Source: a virus (taxonomy: Duplodnaviria; Caudoviricetes). Taken from it: DNA of 24,419 nt. The DNA lies in the IMG/VR virus record IMGVR_UViG_3300043414_000604, positions 1 through 24,419 of that record; one strand, given 5' to 3'. A program made the position numbers and the translations under genes. The first letter of the stretch is position 1. Every line of letters starts with the position of its first letter. A model generated the notes under the pieces. The model was not told where the DNA came from. It worked only from the letters and a program-made list of their open reading frames with translations, and did not search any database. Positions 1-8,455 of this stretch are shown here, piece after piece.

Positions 1-16
1 GGTGAATTCAAGGCTC

Positions 17-45
17 ATTATATAACTAGGTACAACCGTACTACT
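17..45 (-). promoter_or_regulatory. Second possible leftward promoter (-10 TATAAT, no canonical -35)
   Basis: attata at 17-22 reads TATAAT on the minus strand. The -35 position (40-45) reads AGTAGT, a poor match. GTAC-aacc-GTAC (30-41) lies in the spacer. Confidence 0.35.
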
Positions 46-63
46 TTGTGAACAGGGCCAGAC

Positions 64-92
64 ATTATAACCCCTACCCCGGCACTGTGCAA
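64..92 (-). promoter_or_regulatory. Leftward sigma70-type promoter (TTGCAC-N17-TATAAT)
   Basis: Reverse complement of gtgcaa (87-92) = TTGCAC and of attata (64-69) = TATAAT, with exactly 17 nt between them. Confidence 0.65.
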
Positions 93-121
93 GCTTTTTG
101 CTGGTGAGCTAATATGCCGGC
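87..121 (+). promoter_or_regulatory. Putative rightward promoter for terS, probably giving a leaderless mRNA
   Basis: gcTAATAT at 108-115 ends 7 nt before the A of the ATG at 122. No good Shine-Dalgarno. Weak -35 GTGCAA at 87-92 with 17-nt spacing. Confidence 0.4.
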
Positions 122-598
122 ATGCTTGTCACTAAAGCCGAAGCCGCCAGGGCGTTAAATATTGGTCCGTCTGCAATCACGCGGGCGATCAAAGAGGGTC
201 GCGTCAAAACAAAGATGAGCGTGACCGGCAAGGAGATGATCGAACTGGAAGGTTTGCGTGAACATTGGGCATTAACAACTCAAACACGGATAAACGGGGG
301 TAAGGTAGCAAATCAATCATCAACTGACAAGTCTATACCGGATTACAACGAAAGCCGGGCCAGGACTGAATTTTTAAAGGCCGAACTGCTTGAACTTGAA
401 CGCGCAGAGAAGGAAAAAGAGCTAGTTAGCGCAAGGGAAATAGCGTTAAAATGGGGCGAAGTAGTGGCAATAGCAAGGACTAAGATCCTTGGAATTCCAT
501 CTAAGGCAAAACAACGGATACCAGATTTTCCGCAAGATGCTTTTGTGATTTTGGAGGATATCGTGCGCGAAGCGTTGGAGGACGTAGCCGATGGCTGA
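122..598 (+). CDS. terS: Terminase small subunit (Nu1-like)
   Basis: N-terminal HTH (TKAEAARALNIGPSAITRAIKEGR), coiled coil YNESRARTEFLKAELLELE...ELV typical of Nu1-like proteins; overlaps terL by ATGGCTGA. Confidence 0.9.
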   Translation: MLVTKAEAARALNIGPSAITRAIKEGRVKTKMSVTGKEMIELEGLREHWALTTQTRINGGKVANQSSTDKSIPDYNESRARTEFLKAELLELERAEKEKELVSAREIALKWGEVVAIARTKILGIPSKAKQRIPDFPQDAFVILEDIVREALEDVADG

Positions 599-2438
599 TA
601 TCAATTCCTTGGTGCTCGATGCGTTGGAGGGCTTTAGGCCACCAGAAAAGCTGACGCTTAGCCAATGGGCCGATAAGTTTGCGTTCCTGTCAGCTGAAAG
701 CAGCGCTGAGGCTGGGCGGTGGCATACGTTGCCGTACCAAAAGGGGATTATGGATGCGGTGACTGACCCACGGGTAGAGCAGATTACGGTGATGAAATCT
801 GCGCGGGTTGGCTACACCAAGATCCTTAACCACGCAATTGCTTTTCATATCCATCAGGATCCATGCCCAATCATGCTGATCCAGCCAACGATCGAGGACG
901 CGCAGGGTTACTCCAAGGAGGAGATAGCGCCAATGCTACGTGATACACCTGTACTAGCAGGGCTAGTTAGCGATGCAAAGGCAAAGGATGGTGCCAACAC
1001 GATCCTGCAGAAGCAGTTCCCTGGCGGGACATTGAGCTTAGTTGGCGCCAATAGCCCTCGCGGGTTTCGGCGTGTAAGCCGACGGGTGGTGTTATTTGAC
1101 GAAGTCGATGGCTACCCGCCTAGTGCTGGCACCGAAGGCGACCAAATCAAGCTTGGCATTAGGCGATCCGAATATTACTGGAACCGTAAGATCATTGCCG
1201 GCAGTACACCCACGGTCAAGGATTTCAGCCGCATCGAGCGGATGTTTGCTGAGACCGATCAGCGGCGTTACTTTGTGCCGTGCCCTGACTGCAATCATAA
1301 GCAATATTTAAAATGGGCCAATATGCGCTGGACCGACAACGATCCAAGCACTGCTGCATATTGTTGCGAATCATGTGGTGTCTTGATTCCGCATAGCAAA
1401 AAGCGATGGATGGTAGAAAACGGCGAATGGTTGGCAACTGCACCGGGCAACGGTAGGCATATCGGGTTTCATATTTGGGCTGCATATAGCTACAGCCCTA
1501 ACGCAACGTGGCCGCATTTGGTGGAGGAGTTCTTGGAGGCTAAAACGAATCCAGAAGCGTTGAAGACGTGGGTTAATACGGTGCTGGGCGAAACGTGGGA
1601 AGAAGATTACGCAAGTAAGATTGGCGCCGACGCACTGCTGGAACGTTGCGAGGCCTATGAGCCTGATGTGCTCCCTGCTGGCGCGTTGGCGTTGACGGCT
1701 GGCGTTGACGTGCAGGACAACCGGCTAGCGGTAAGCGTATGGGGCTGGGGCCGTGATGAGGAAGGATGGTTGATCCATCACCAAGAGATATTTGGCGATC
1801 CAGCCAGGGCAGAGGTATGGAAGCAATTGGACGAGGTGGTGTTGCGTGAATGGTCGCATGAACTGAATGGGAAGTTGCGGCCTGATGTGGTGGCGATCGA
1901 TAGCGGCGGCCACATGACAAACGAGGTATATCAATATGCGCGTGAACGTGGTCGCCAAGGCGTGGTGGCGATCAAGGGTTCAAGCCAGCGTGGCAAACCA
2001 CCGATTGGGAAAGCCAGCAAGGTTGACGTTAATAGCTTTGGTAAATCACTCAAGCGCGGCGCATCGGTTTATCCAGTCGGTAGTGACACGATCAAAACGA
2101 CGTTGTTTGGTCGGTTGCGCCATAACGAGATTGGTCCTGGGTTTTTGCATTTCCATAACGAAACGGGAACTGAATACTTTGAGCAACTGACTGCTGAAAA
2201 GCAGGCATTACGTTTCGTGAAGGGGTTTCCGGTTCGTGAGTGGGTCAAGAAGCCATCAGCACGAAATGAAGCGCTTGATTGCTTGGTCTATGCGTATGCG
2301 GCATTAAACTTGATGTACCAGCGCTATGATCGACGCACAATATGGGATCAGCTAGAACGGCGCCTAGAACAACCAACAGCTCCGCTAAGATCCAAGAAGG
2401 CCGCCGCTGCTGGCCCTGCATTCGTCAACAATTGGTAA
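591..2438 (+). CDS. terL: Terminase large subunit, lambda gpA family
   Basis: Walker A MKSARVGYTK, Walker B VVLFDEVD, GSTPT coupling motif, CPDC...CESC zinc motif, nuclease AGVDVQ / IDSGG / NEALD; GGAGG RBS upstream. Confidence 0.97.
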   Translation: MADINSLVLDALEGFRPPEKLTLSQWADKFAFLSAESSAEAGRWHTLPYQKGIMDAVTDPRVEQITVMKSARVGYTKILNHAIAFHIHQDPCPIMLIQPTIEDAQGYSKEEIAPMLRDTPVLAGLVSDAKAKDGANTILQKQFPGGTLSLVGANSPRGFRRVSRRVVLFDEVDGYPPSAGTEGDQIKLGIRRSEYYWNRKIIAGSTPTVKDFSRIERMFAETDQRRYFVPCPDCNHKQYLKWANMRWTDNDPSTAAYCCESCGVLIPHSKKRWMVENGEWLATAPGNGRHIGFHIWAAYSYSPNATWPHLVEEFLEAKTNPEALKTWVNTVLGETWEEDYASKIGADALLERCEAYEPDVLPAGALALTAGVDVQDNRLAVSVWGWGRDEEGWLIHHQEIFGDPARAEVWKQLDEVVLREWSHELNGKLRPDVVAIDSGGHMTNEVYQYARERGRQGVVAIKGSSQRGKPPIGKASKVDVNSFGKSLKRGASVYPVGSDTIKTTLFGRLRHNEIGPGFLHFHNETGTEYFEQLTAEKQALRFVKGFPVREWVKKPSARNEALDCLVYAYAALNLMYQRYDRRTIWDQLERRLEQPTAPLRSKKAAAAGPAFVNNW

Positions 2439-2442
2439 TGCC

Positions 2443-3012
2443 GTGAACATTCCAAGCCAAATCCGAGCGGACAATACGGTCAAATGGCGCGATGATTCGG
2501 GAGTTGATGTATTCGGCAATGCAATTACCAGCGCAACGTGGACGCTGACCTACTACCTACGCACTAATACGGCGAGTGAAGGCGCGACAGTAGTCGGTAG
2601 CGCTTACGGCATCGGCTGGGAGATGACGATTTCAGCCGCCACCAGCGCTGGCTTTGATGCAGGGCAATGGTTTTGGCAAGCGATTGCAACGTATAACAGC
2701 GAGAAGATTACGCTTGGTGCCGGCCAGCTTGAGGTGCTGCCAGCGCTGAATTACACCAGCACACCAGGCGCATTTGACGGCAGAACACAAGCGCAAAAGG
2801 ATTTAGAGGCCGTCCAGGCTGCAATCAGAACGATCGTGTCCGGCGGTGTGGTGCAGGAGTATCGGATTGGCACCAGAAATCTAAAGAAGTATGAGATGGC
2901 TGATTTGTTGATGCTTGAGGGTAAACTAAAGGCTGAGGTGAAGCGCGAGCAAGCCGCCCAACTGCAGGCCAATGGCCTGGGCAATCCCCATAACCTGTTT
3001 GTGCGCTTCTGA
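2443..3012 (+). CDS. gpW-like head-tail adaptor with extra N-terminal beta-sandwich domain
   Basis: Lies between terL and portal as lambda W does. C-terminal LEAVQAAIRTIVSGGVVQEYRIGTRNLKKYEMADL is gpW-like; the first ~105 aa are beta-rich and Ig-like. GTG start. Confidence 0.8.
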   Translation: MNIPSQIRADNTVKWRDDSGVDVFGNAITSATWTLTYYLRTNTASEGATVVGSAYGIGWEMTISAATSAGFDAGQWFWQAIATYNSEKITLGAGQLEVLPALNYTSTPGAFDGRTQAQKDLEAVQAAIRTIVSGGVVQEYRIGTRNLKKYEMADLLMLEGKLKAEVKREQAAQLQANGLGNPHNLFVRF

Positions 3013-4541
3013 TGGGCATTCGTTCTGCGATTTACAGCTGGCTACGGAGCGGGGCACCAAAGCCAAGGCAACGCGGGTATCAAGGCGCTCAGGTAACAAG
3101 GCTGACGGCTGACTGGATCACCAGCTCGACCAGCGTTGATTCTGAAATCAAATCCAGCTTTAGAACATTACGCAATCGTGCGCGGCAACTGGTTCGTGAC
3201 AATGATTTTGCGCGACAGGCATTACGATCTGTGCAAAATAATGTGATCGGCCAAGGCATCAAGATGCAACCGCAGATCAAGATGCAACGCGGCGGCAAAT
3301 TAGACGAAACATTAAATGAACAAATCCACGAAAAGTGGGAAGAATGGAGCCGTAAGCAAAGCTGCCATACTGCTGGCATGCTGTGTTTTAGCGATATTGA
3401 ACGGTTGGCAATTAGATCAATTTGTGAATCAGGGGAAGTATTTATACGATTGGTGCGGCAATCATTTGGTGGCGGCAAGACTCCATTCGCGCTTGAAATA
3501 CTTGAAAGCGATTATCTGATTGACGATGAAGTGCCGCAGCCAGTAAATGGCAACATGGTGCGGATGGGCGTTGAGGTTGACCCCTGGGGCCGCCCTGTTG
3601 CGTATCACTTTTATCAATCCCACCCTGGCGATCAGTTTGTTGGCGCCAATCGGCAGAATATGCGCCGCATTCGGGTGCCAGCTGCCGATGTGTTGCATTT
3701 GTTTATTACAGAACGACCAGGCCAAACCCGTGGCGTGAGCTGGTTTTCTAGCGCCATCCAACGGTTGCATCACTTGGCTGGCTACGAAGAGGCTGAGGTA
3801 ATTCGTGCGCGGGCCAGCAGCAGCTTGATGGGTTTTATTTCTAGCCCTGACGGCGAGCTACATGGCGATGAAGTTTATAACGGCGAACGGGTAAGCAATT
3901 TTGAGCCAGGTGTGTTTAAGTATTTGCAACCCGGCGAGACTGTATCGGTTCCAAGCCTTGATGCACCTGATGGTCAGTTTGAACCATTTATGCGTTCGAT
4001 GTTACGAGCCGTTGCGGCTGGTGTTGGCTGTAGTTTTGAATCTGTATCAAAAGATTTCACCCAAACTAATTACAGCAGCAGCCGGTTGAGCTTGTTGGAA
4101 GAACGCGACACCTGGCGGGTGCTGCAGAAATTTATGATCGAGAATTTTCATCAGCCTATATATGAGGCATGGCTTGAAATGGCAGTAATGAGCGGCGAGC
4201 TGCCAATTCAAGGGTATGAAATTAGCCCAGATCGATTCCGCAAGATTCAATGGATGCCTCGCGGCTGGAGCTGGGTTGATCCACAGAAGGAGGTTGAGGC
4301 TTACAAGACCGCCGTCCGCTGTGGGTTCAAGACCTTATCTGATGTGGTGTCAGAGCAAGGTGGCGACCTTGAGGATTTATTGCTGCAACGACAAGCTGAG
4401 CTGGCCAAGTTTGATGAGCTTGGCATCGTGCTAGATACAGATCCAACGCAAGTAAATGACGCTGGTGCTCAGCAGGCGGCACCATTGGTGGCGACACCTG
4501 AGCCCACCGAATATGATTCTGAAGATGAGGTAATCGCATGA
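3012..4541 (+). CDS. Portal protein, lambda gpB family
   Basis: LRNRARQLVRDN, GVEVDPWGRPVAYH, RPGQTRGVSW, NYSSSR, WVDPQKEV motifs of lambda-family portals; 509 aa. Confidence 0.96.
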   Translation: MGIRSAIYSWLRSGAPKPRQRGYQGAQVTRLTADWITSSTSVDSEIKSSFRTLRNRARQLVRDNDFARQALRSVQNNVIGQGIKMQPQIKMQRGGKLDETLNEQIHEKWEEWSRKQSCHTAGMLCFSDIERLAIRSICESGEVFIRLVRQSFGGGKTPFALEILESDYLIDDEVPQPVNGNMVRMGVEVDPWGRPVAYHFYQSHPGDQFVGANRQNMRRIRVPAADVLHLFITERPGQTRGVSWFSSAIQRLHHLAGYEEAEVIRARASSSLMGFISSPDGELHGDEVYNGERVSNFEPGVFKYLQPGETVSVPSLDAPDGQFEPFMRSMLRAVAAGVGCSFESVSKDFTQTNYSSSRLSLLEERDTWRVLQKFMIENFHQPIYEAWLEMAVMSGELPIQGYEISPDRFRKIQWMPRGWSWVDPQKEVEAYKTAVRCGFKTLSDVVSEQGGDLEDLLLQRQAELAKFDELGIVLDTDPTQVNDAGAQQAAPLVATPEPTEYDSEDEVIA

Positions 4542-6541
4542 TCCAATCCGAAAGGCCCTATCCCAACGAACATGCTGCTCGATTGCATGATCCAGGGCAA
4601 TATGACGAACTACGTCGCGTCAATGACGAAGGCGGCCCTGGCGTTGATTTTATTTATGGCATCAAAGGCAATGACCCTGTAGAAATTCAGGCGATCAGGT
4701 TTGCAGCCGATAAATTTAGCGCTGCAGAAGCCCGCACATGGCTTGAAGGCCATGATTTTTCGCCGATACAATTTGAGGAAGCAACTGGTAGGTCAATGGA
4801 AAGGTTGACCAGGGCACAGGCCGTTGATTTTCAAATCAGCGCTGATGAACGCACCTTTGAATTTCCGTTCAGCTCTGAATATCCGGTGCAGCGGTACTTC
4901 GGCACTGAAGTGCTAAGCCACGACCGTGGCGCCGCTGACCTACAACGCTTGAACGATGGCGCACCGCTGTTGTTTAATCATGATCCAGCCAAAGTGATCG
5001 GCGTCGTAGAGCGCGGCTGGATTGATGAACAACTTAAACGTGGTTATGTAACGGTGCGATTCAGCCAAAATCCTTTTGCCCAGGAGGTTTTGACTGATGT
5101 AAAAGATGGAATACTACGTAACGTATCGTTTGGTTATCAGATCAACGACATGGAGCAACGCGGCTCCGGCGAGTTTATTGCCACTTCATGGGGCGTACAT
5201 GAAGTGAGCATGGTTAGTATACCTGCAGACCCCAGTGTCGGCATCGGGCGTTCGCTTGATGCTCAACCTGCGGCTTCTGCCGCACCACCACAACCCACTG
5301 TTGAAATCATGGACAACACCCCCGACAATACGGCGGTGGTGGCTGAAGAAGCCGCCAAAGCTGAGCGCAGCCGCATCTCCGCTATTTCCGCCCTGTGCGA
5401 TAAGCATTCAATGACCGATCTTAGCCGTCAACTCATTGAAGGTGGCCGCAGCCTTGATGAAGCTCGCGCTGCTGTGCTGGAAAAGATCGGCTCCAAGCAA
5501 GAGCCTGTTGGCGCTCCTGAAATTGGCCTTACCTCCAAGGAAGCCAAGAACTTTTCTTTCCTGCGGGCTATCAACTTCCTGGCTAACCCCACCGACCGTG
5601 GAGCCCGTGAAGCTGCTGCATTTGAGATTGAAGCTTCTGAAGCTGCTGCCGCCCAGCTGGGCCGCCAATCCCGTGGCATCACAATCCCCACTGATGTGCT
5701 GCGCCGTGACCTGACCGCTGGTGTTAGCTCCGGTGGTGGTGCATTGGTTGATACCATGCTGGATTCCGGCAGTTTTATCGACCTGCTGCGTAACGCCTCA
5801 GCCCTTGACCAAGCTGGCGCCACTGTGCTCACAGGCCTCACCGGCAACGTTGCAATTCCGCGACAAAATGGTGCCGCTACCGCATATTGGATTGCAGAAT
5901 CCGGTGCTCCCACCGAAAGCCAACAAACCGTAGATCAAGTTAGCCTGACCCCCAAGTCAGTCGCTGCTTACACCGACTACAGCCGCCGTCTGATGCTGCA
6001 ATCCAGCATCGACGTTGAGCAAATGGTTCGTCGTGATCTGGCCACCGTGCTGGCGCTCAAGATTGACTATGCCGGCCTTTATGGCACCGGCACCAACAGC
6101 GAGCCCCTTGGCCTGAAGCTGACCACCGGCATCGGCACTGAGGATTTTGCTGCTAATACCCCGACATTTACCGAGGTGGTGGCGCTTGAGTCTGACCTTG
6201 CGACTGCTAACGCATTGCTGGGCAGCCCTGTGTACCTGATGAACGCCGCCATGCGCGGTTCCCTGAAGACCACCGAAAAAGCCAGCAACACCGCTCAGTT
6301 CATTTATATGGACGGCGAAGTGAATGGCTATCGCGGCCTGGTCAGCAACCAGGTTGCAAGCAACGATCTATGGTTTGGCAATTTTGCCGACCTGATCATT
6401 GCTTACTTCTCTGGTCTGGACATCATGGTGGATCCCTACACCCACAGCACCTCCGGCACTGTGCGCGTTGTAGCGATGCAGGATGTGGACATTGCCGTTC
6501 GCCATCCTGAATCCTTCACCCGTGGCAACAACAGCCTCTGA
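4538..6541 (+). CDS. Fused prohead protease (HK97-type)-scaffold-major capsid protein with extra N-terminal domain
   Basis: Protease motifs LLFNHD (His), NVSFGY (Ser), EVSMVSIPAD; P/A-rich linker; helical scaffold-like region; HK97 capsid motifs (AYWIAESGAPTES, LTPKSVAAYTDYSRRL, FGNFADL, DVDIAVRHPESF). Confidence 0.95.
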   Translation: MIQSERPYPNEHAARLHDPGQYDELRRVNDEGGPGVDFIYGIKGNDPVEIQAIRFAADKFSAAEARTWLEGHDFSPIQFEEATGRSMERLTRAQAVDFQISADERTFEFPFSSEYPVQRYFGTEVLSHDRGAADLQRLNDGAPLLFNHDPAKVIGVVERGWIDEQLKRGYVTVRFSQNPFAQEVLTDVKDGILRNVSFGYQINDMEQRGSGEFIATSWGVHEVSMVSIPADPSVGIGRSLDAQPAASAAPPQPTVEIMDNTPDNTAVVAEEAAKAERSRISAISALCDKHSMTDLSRQLIEGGRSLDEARAAVLEKIGSKQEPVGAPEIGLTSKEAKNFSFLRAINFLANPTDRGAREAAAFEIEASEAAAAQLGRQSRGITIPTDVLRRDLTAGVSSGGGALVDTMLDSGSFIDLLRNASALDQAGATVLTGLTGNVAIPRQNGAATAYWIAESGAPTESQQTVDQVSLTPKSVAAYTDYSRRLMLQSSIDVEQMVRRDLATVLALKIDYAGLYGTGTNSEPLGLKLTTGIGTEDFAANTPTFTEVVALESDLATANALLGSPVYLMNAAMRGSLKTTEKASNTAQFIYMDGEVNGYRGLVSNQVASNDLWFGNFADLIIAYFSGLDIMVDPYTHSTSGTVRVVAMQDVDIAVRHPESFTRGNNSL

Positions 6542-6543
6542 TC

Positions 6544-6735
6544 ATGAAGATTGAGGTCTTGCGGCAAACAATGTTGGCAGGCCAGGTGGTCCGTATTGGG
6601 GAAGTGCTTAATGCTTCCCCTGCGGATGCCAAATTCCTGATTGGCATTGGCAAAGCGATTAAGGCTGCAGACGCTGTGGCCCAAGTAATTGAAACGATTC
6701 AACCCACACCACCAAAACGGAGGATTAGCAAATGA
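6544..6735 (+). CDS. Small capsid-adjacent protein (possible gpFI-like packaging/head accessory)
   Basis: 63 aa, tightly coupled to capsid and next gene. MKIEVLR...GEVL...DAKFLIGIGKA pattern is common right after capsid genes; function inferred from position only. Confidence 0.7.
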   Translation: MKIEVLRQTMLAGQVVRIGEVLNASPADAKFLIGIGKAIKAADAVAQVIETIQPTPPKRRISK

Positions 6736-7121
6736 CCATCCAGAACCTCGGTTCTAAGACCGATCTATTGAGCCTGCATAACACCGCTGTGGTTTCCGCC
6801 ACTGGCGCCGGCACCCCTGCCTATGTTGACCTGCTCAACTATGAAGGCGATGTTGCTTTCATGATCGATGCCGCCGCCGGTGGTGCTGGTATCACCCGCA
6901 CCGCTAAGTTGCAGCACTCTGCTACAACTACCGCTGGCGATTTCGCTGACATTACTGGTGGCGGCTTTACTGCTGCTGCTGCTAATACTGCATTCAGCGA
7001 AAAGATCTACCTCAACAGTGACAACCTGCTGCGTTATGTGCGCGTGTTGTTTACTGTAAGTGGCGGTAGCGGCACCGGTTCAGTTTCAGTCACAGCGCTT
7101 GCTTCTAAAAAGTACGTCTGA
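6732..7121 (+). CDS. Capsid cement/decoration protein (Bbp16-like jelly roll)
   Basis: GGAGG RBS; VDL...KLQHS...FADITG...LLRYVRVLFTVSG pattern of jelly-roll head cement proteins; capsid-like C-ending codons. Confidence 0.7.
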   Translation: MTIQNLGSKTDLLSLHNTAVVSATGAGTPAYVDLLNYEGDVAFMIDAAAGGAGITRTAKLQHSATTTAGDFADITGGGFTAAAANTAFSEKIYLNSDNLLRYVRVLFTVSGGSGTGSVSVTALASKKYV

Positions 7122-7399
7122 TGGCTTTTACTGAGGACCTATCGACGTTCCTCAACGATTTCGGCGTCAGCTGCACAGCTGGCGCCGTTACTGCACTGGG
7201 GATTTTAGATATGCCTGCACAGGTGATTGCTGGCGATATGGTGCTGAGCACTGACTACACATTGACGGCAAAGGCCAGCGACTTTGGTACTTTGATCTAT
7301 GGTAACTCAATTACAGTAGCTGGCACTTCTTATACAGTGCGTGAAACACGCTTGATTGATGATGGTGCTTTTGTAGAAATTGGACTGCAAAAATCCTGA
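7121..7399 (+). CDS. Head closure / head-tail joining protein, gpFII-like
   Basis: 92 aa beta-rich, ending GNSITVAGTSYTVRETRLIDDGAFVEIGL; position in neck module. Confidence 0.8.
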   Translation: MAFTEDLSTFLNDFGVSCTAGAVTALGILDMPAQVIAGDMVLSTDYTLTAKASDFGTLIYGNSITVAGTSYTVRETRLIDDGAFVEIGLQKS

Positions 7400-8031
7400 T
7401 GAGCAATTTCAAGGCTGATAAAGCTTCCGTGTGGTCGGCGTTAAACCCCACGCTGCTAATGGGCGAAACCGGCTATGAAAACGATACGGGCAACGTAAAA
7501 ATTGGCAATGGCATTAAGCCATGGAATCAGTTGCCGTACTTTGGATGCCCAGGCTATTGGGGCTCATTTTGGGATGAGACATCGCAAACTGCAACGGCCA
7601 ACACTCCAACGTCTGTTCTGTTGCGATCAAGTGACACGCTGAACCGTGGCATCAATGTGGCGTCTAACAGTCGAATGACTGTTGATTACACTGGCATTTA
7701 CAGCATTACTTTTTCAATTCAATTTGTCAATTCTGACACCAACATTCACGACATTAACGTATGGCTTAGAAAAAATGGCAACGGAGCTTCCGGGGATGCG
7801 CCAGCAAGCGATAGCAGGTTCAGCGTTATTGCGAGCCATGGTGGCACAAATGGCAACATAATTGGCACTATTAACTTTGTTATGAAATTACAAGCCAAGG
7901 ATTATATTGAATTGATTTGGAATACTAGTGACGCTCAAGCTTATATTCAAGCTGAAGCCGCAAGCGCCAGCCCACCGGTGCATCCGAGCATTCCCGGCGT
8001 GATCTGCACCATTGTCCAGGTTGCATCATGA
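7399..8031 (+). CDS. Short spike/fibre protein: Mtd_N-like anchor plus C1q/BclA-like head
   Basis: WSALNPTLLMGETGYENDTGNVKIGNGIKPWNQLPY matches the Mtd/hyaluronidase N-terminal motif; TGIYSITFSIQ...VWLRKNG...LQAKDYIEL matches the C1q/TNF-like fold. Confidence 0.75.
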   Translation: MSNFKADKASVWSALNPTLLMGETGYENDTGNVKIGNGIKPWNQLPYFGCPGYWGSFWDETSQTATANTPTSVLLRSSDTLNRGINVASNSRMTVDYTGIYSITFSIQFVNSDTNIHDINVWLRKNGNGASGDAPASDSRFSVIASHGGTNGNIIGTINFVMKLQAKDYIELIWNTSDAQAYIQAEAASASPPVHPSIPGVICTIVQVAS

Positions 8032-8453
8032 CCACTAAGCGCGAAACAATCATCACCGCGATCCGTACTGCGCTCACCGGCACCACCGGCGTTAGTACCA
8101 GGATCTATCGCAGCCGCGTGGAGCCCATAGCTCGCGCCGAGAGCCCTGCCATTGTCGTTGAACCTATCAACGATCAGGCCAGTCAAAATACCAGCCTTCC
8201 TACGCTCGACTGGAGCCTTACCGTTCGTGTTGCAGTAATTGTGCGCGGCAACATCCCGGATCAAATTGCTGACCCAATAATCGAAAGCCTTCACGGCAAG
8301 CTAATGGCTGACCTTACGCTTGGCGGTTATGCCATTGATATTCAACCAGTTGGGGTGACATTTGAAACTGTTGAAGCCGATCAACCAGCAGGCGTGGTAA
8401 TGTGTGATTATCGAGTGCTTTACCGCACCTCGGTCGCAAATCTTGCGAGCTGA
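8028..8453 (+). CDS. Tail terminator protein, gpU-like
   Basis: 141 aa, KRETIITAIRTAL...RIYRSR...PAIVV...DLTLGG...YRVLYRT; just upstream of tail tube gene. Confidence 0.8.
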   Translation: MTTKRETIITAIRTALTGTTGVSTRIYRSRVEPIARAESPAIVVEPINDQASQNTSLPTLDWSLTVRVAVIVRGNIPDQIADPIIESLHGKLMADLTLGGYAIDIQPVGVTFETVEADQPAGVVMCDYRVLYRTSVANLAS

Positions 8454-8455
8454 TC

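Noticed and set aside
1-121. cos site upstream of terS
   Set aside because: Expected for a gpA-type terminase, but no cosN-like dyad or R-box repeats are recognisable in these 121 nt.
3258-3288. 13-bp direct repeat ATCAAGATGCAAC in the portal gene
   Set aside because: Two copies encoding IKMQ twice in frame; no array or element.
6539-6546. Terminator or read-through/frameshift extension after the capsid gene
   Set aside because: Only 2 nt of intergenic space, no hairpin-polyU, no slippery site, and a second in-frame stop (TGA TCA TGA).
7106-7123. Possible -1 slip at T AAA AAG fusing cement protein to the gpFII-like protein
   Set aside because: Imperfect heptamer; the frame relationship follows automatically from the TGATG overlap; no stimulator seen.
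7399-8031. Diversity-generating retroelement target, suggested by the Mtd_N motif
   Set aside because: No reverse transcriptase, Avd or TR/VR repeat pair visible in the window, and the C-terminus looks C1q-like rather than C-type lectin. A DGR elsewhere in the genome cannot be excluded.
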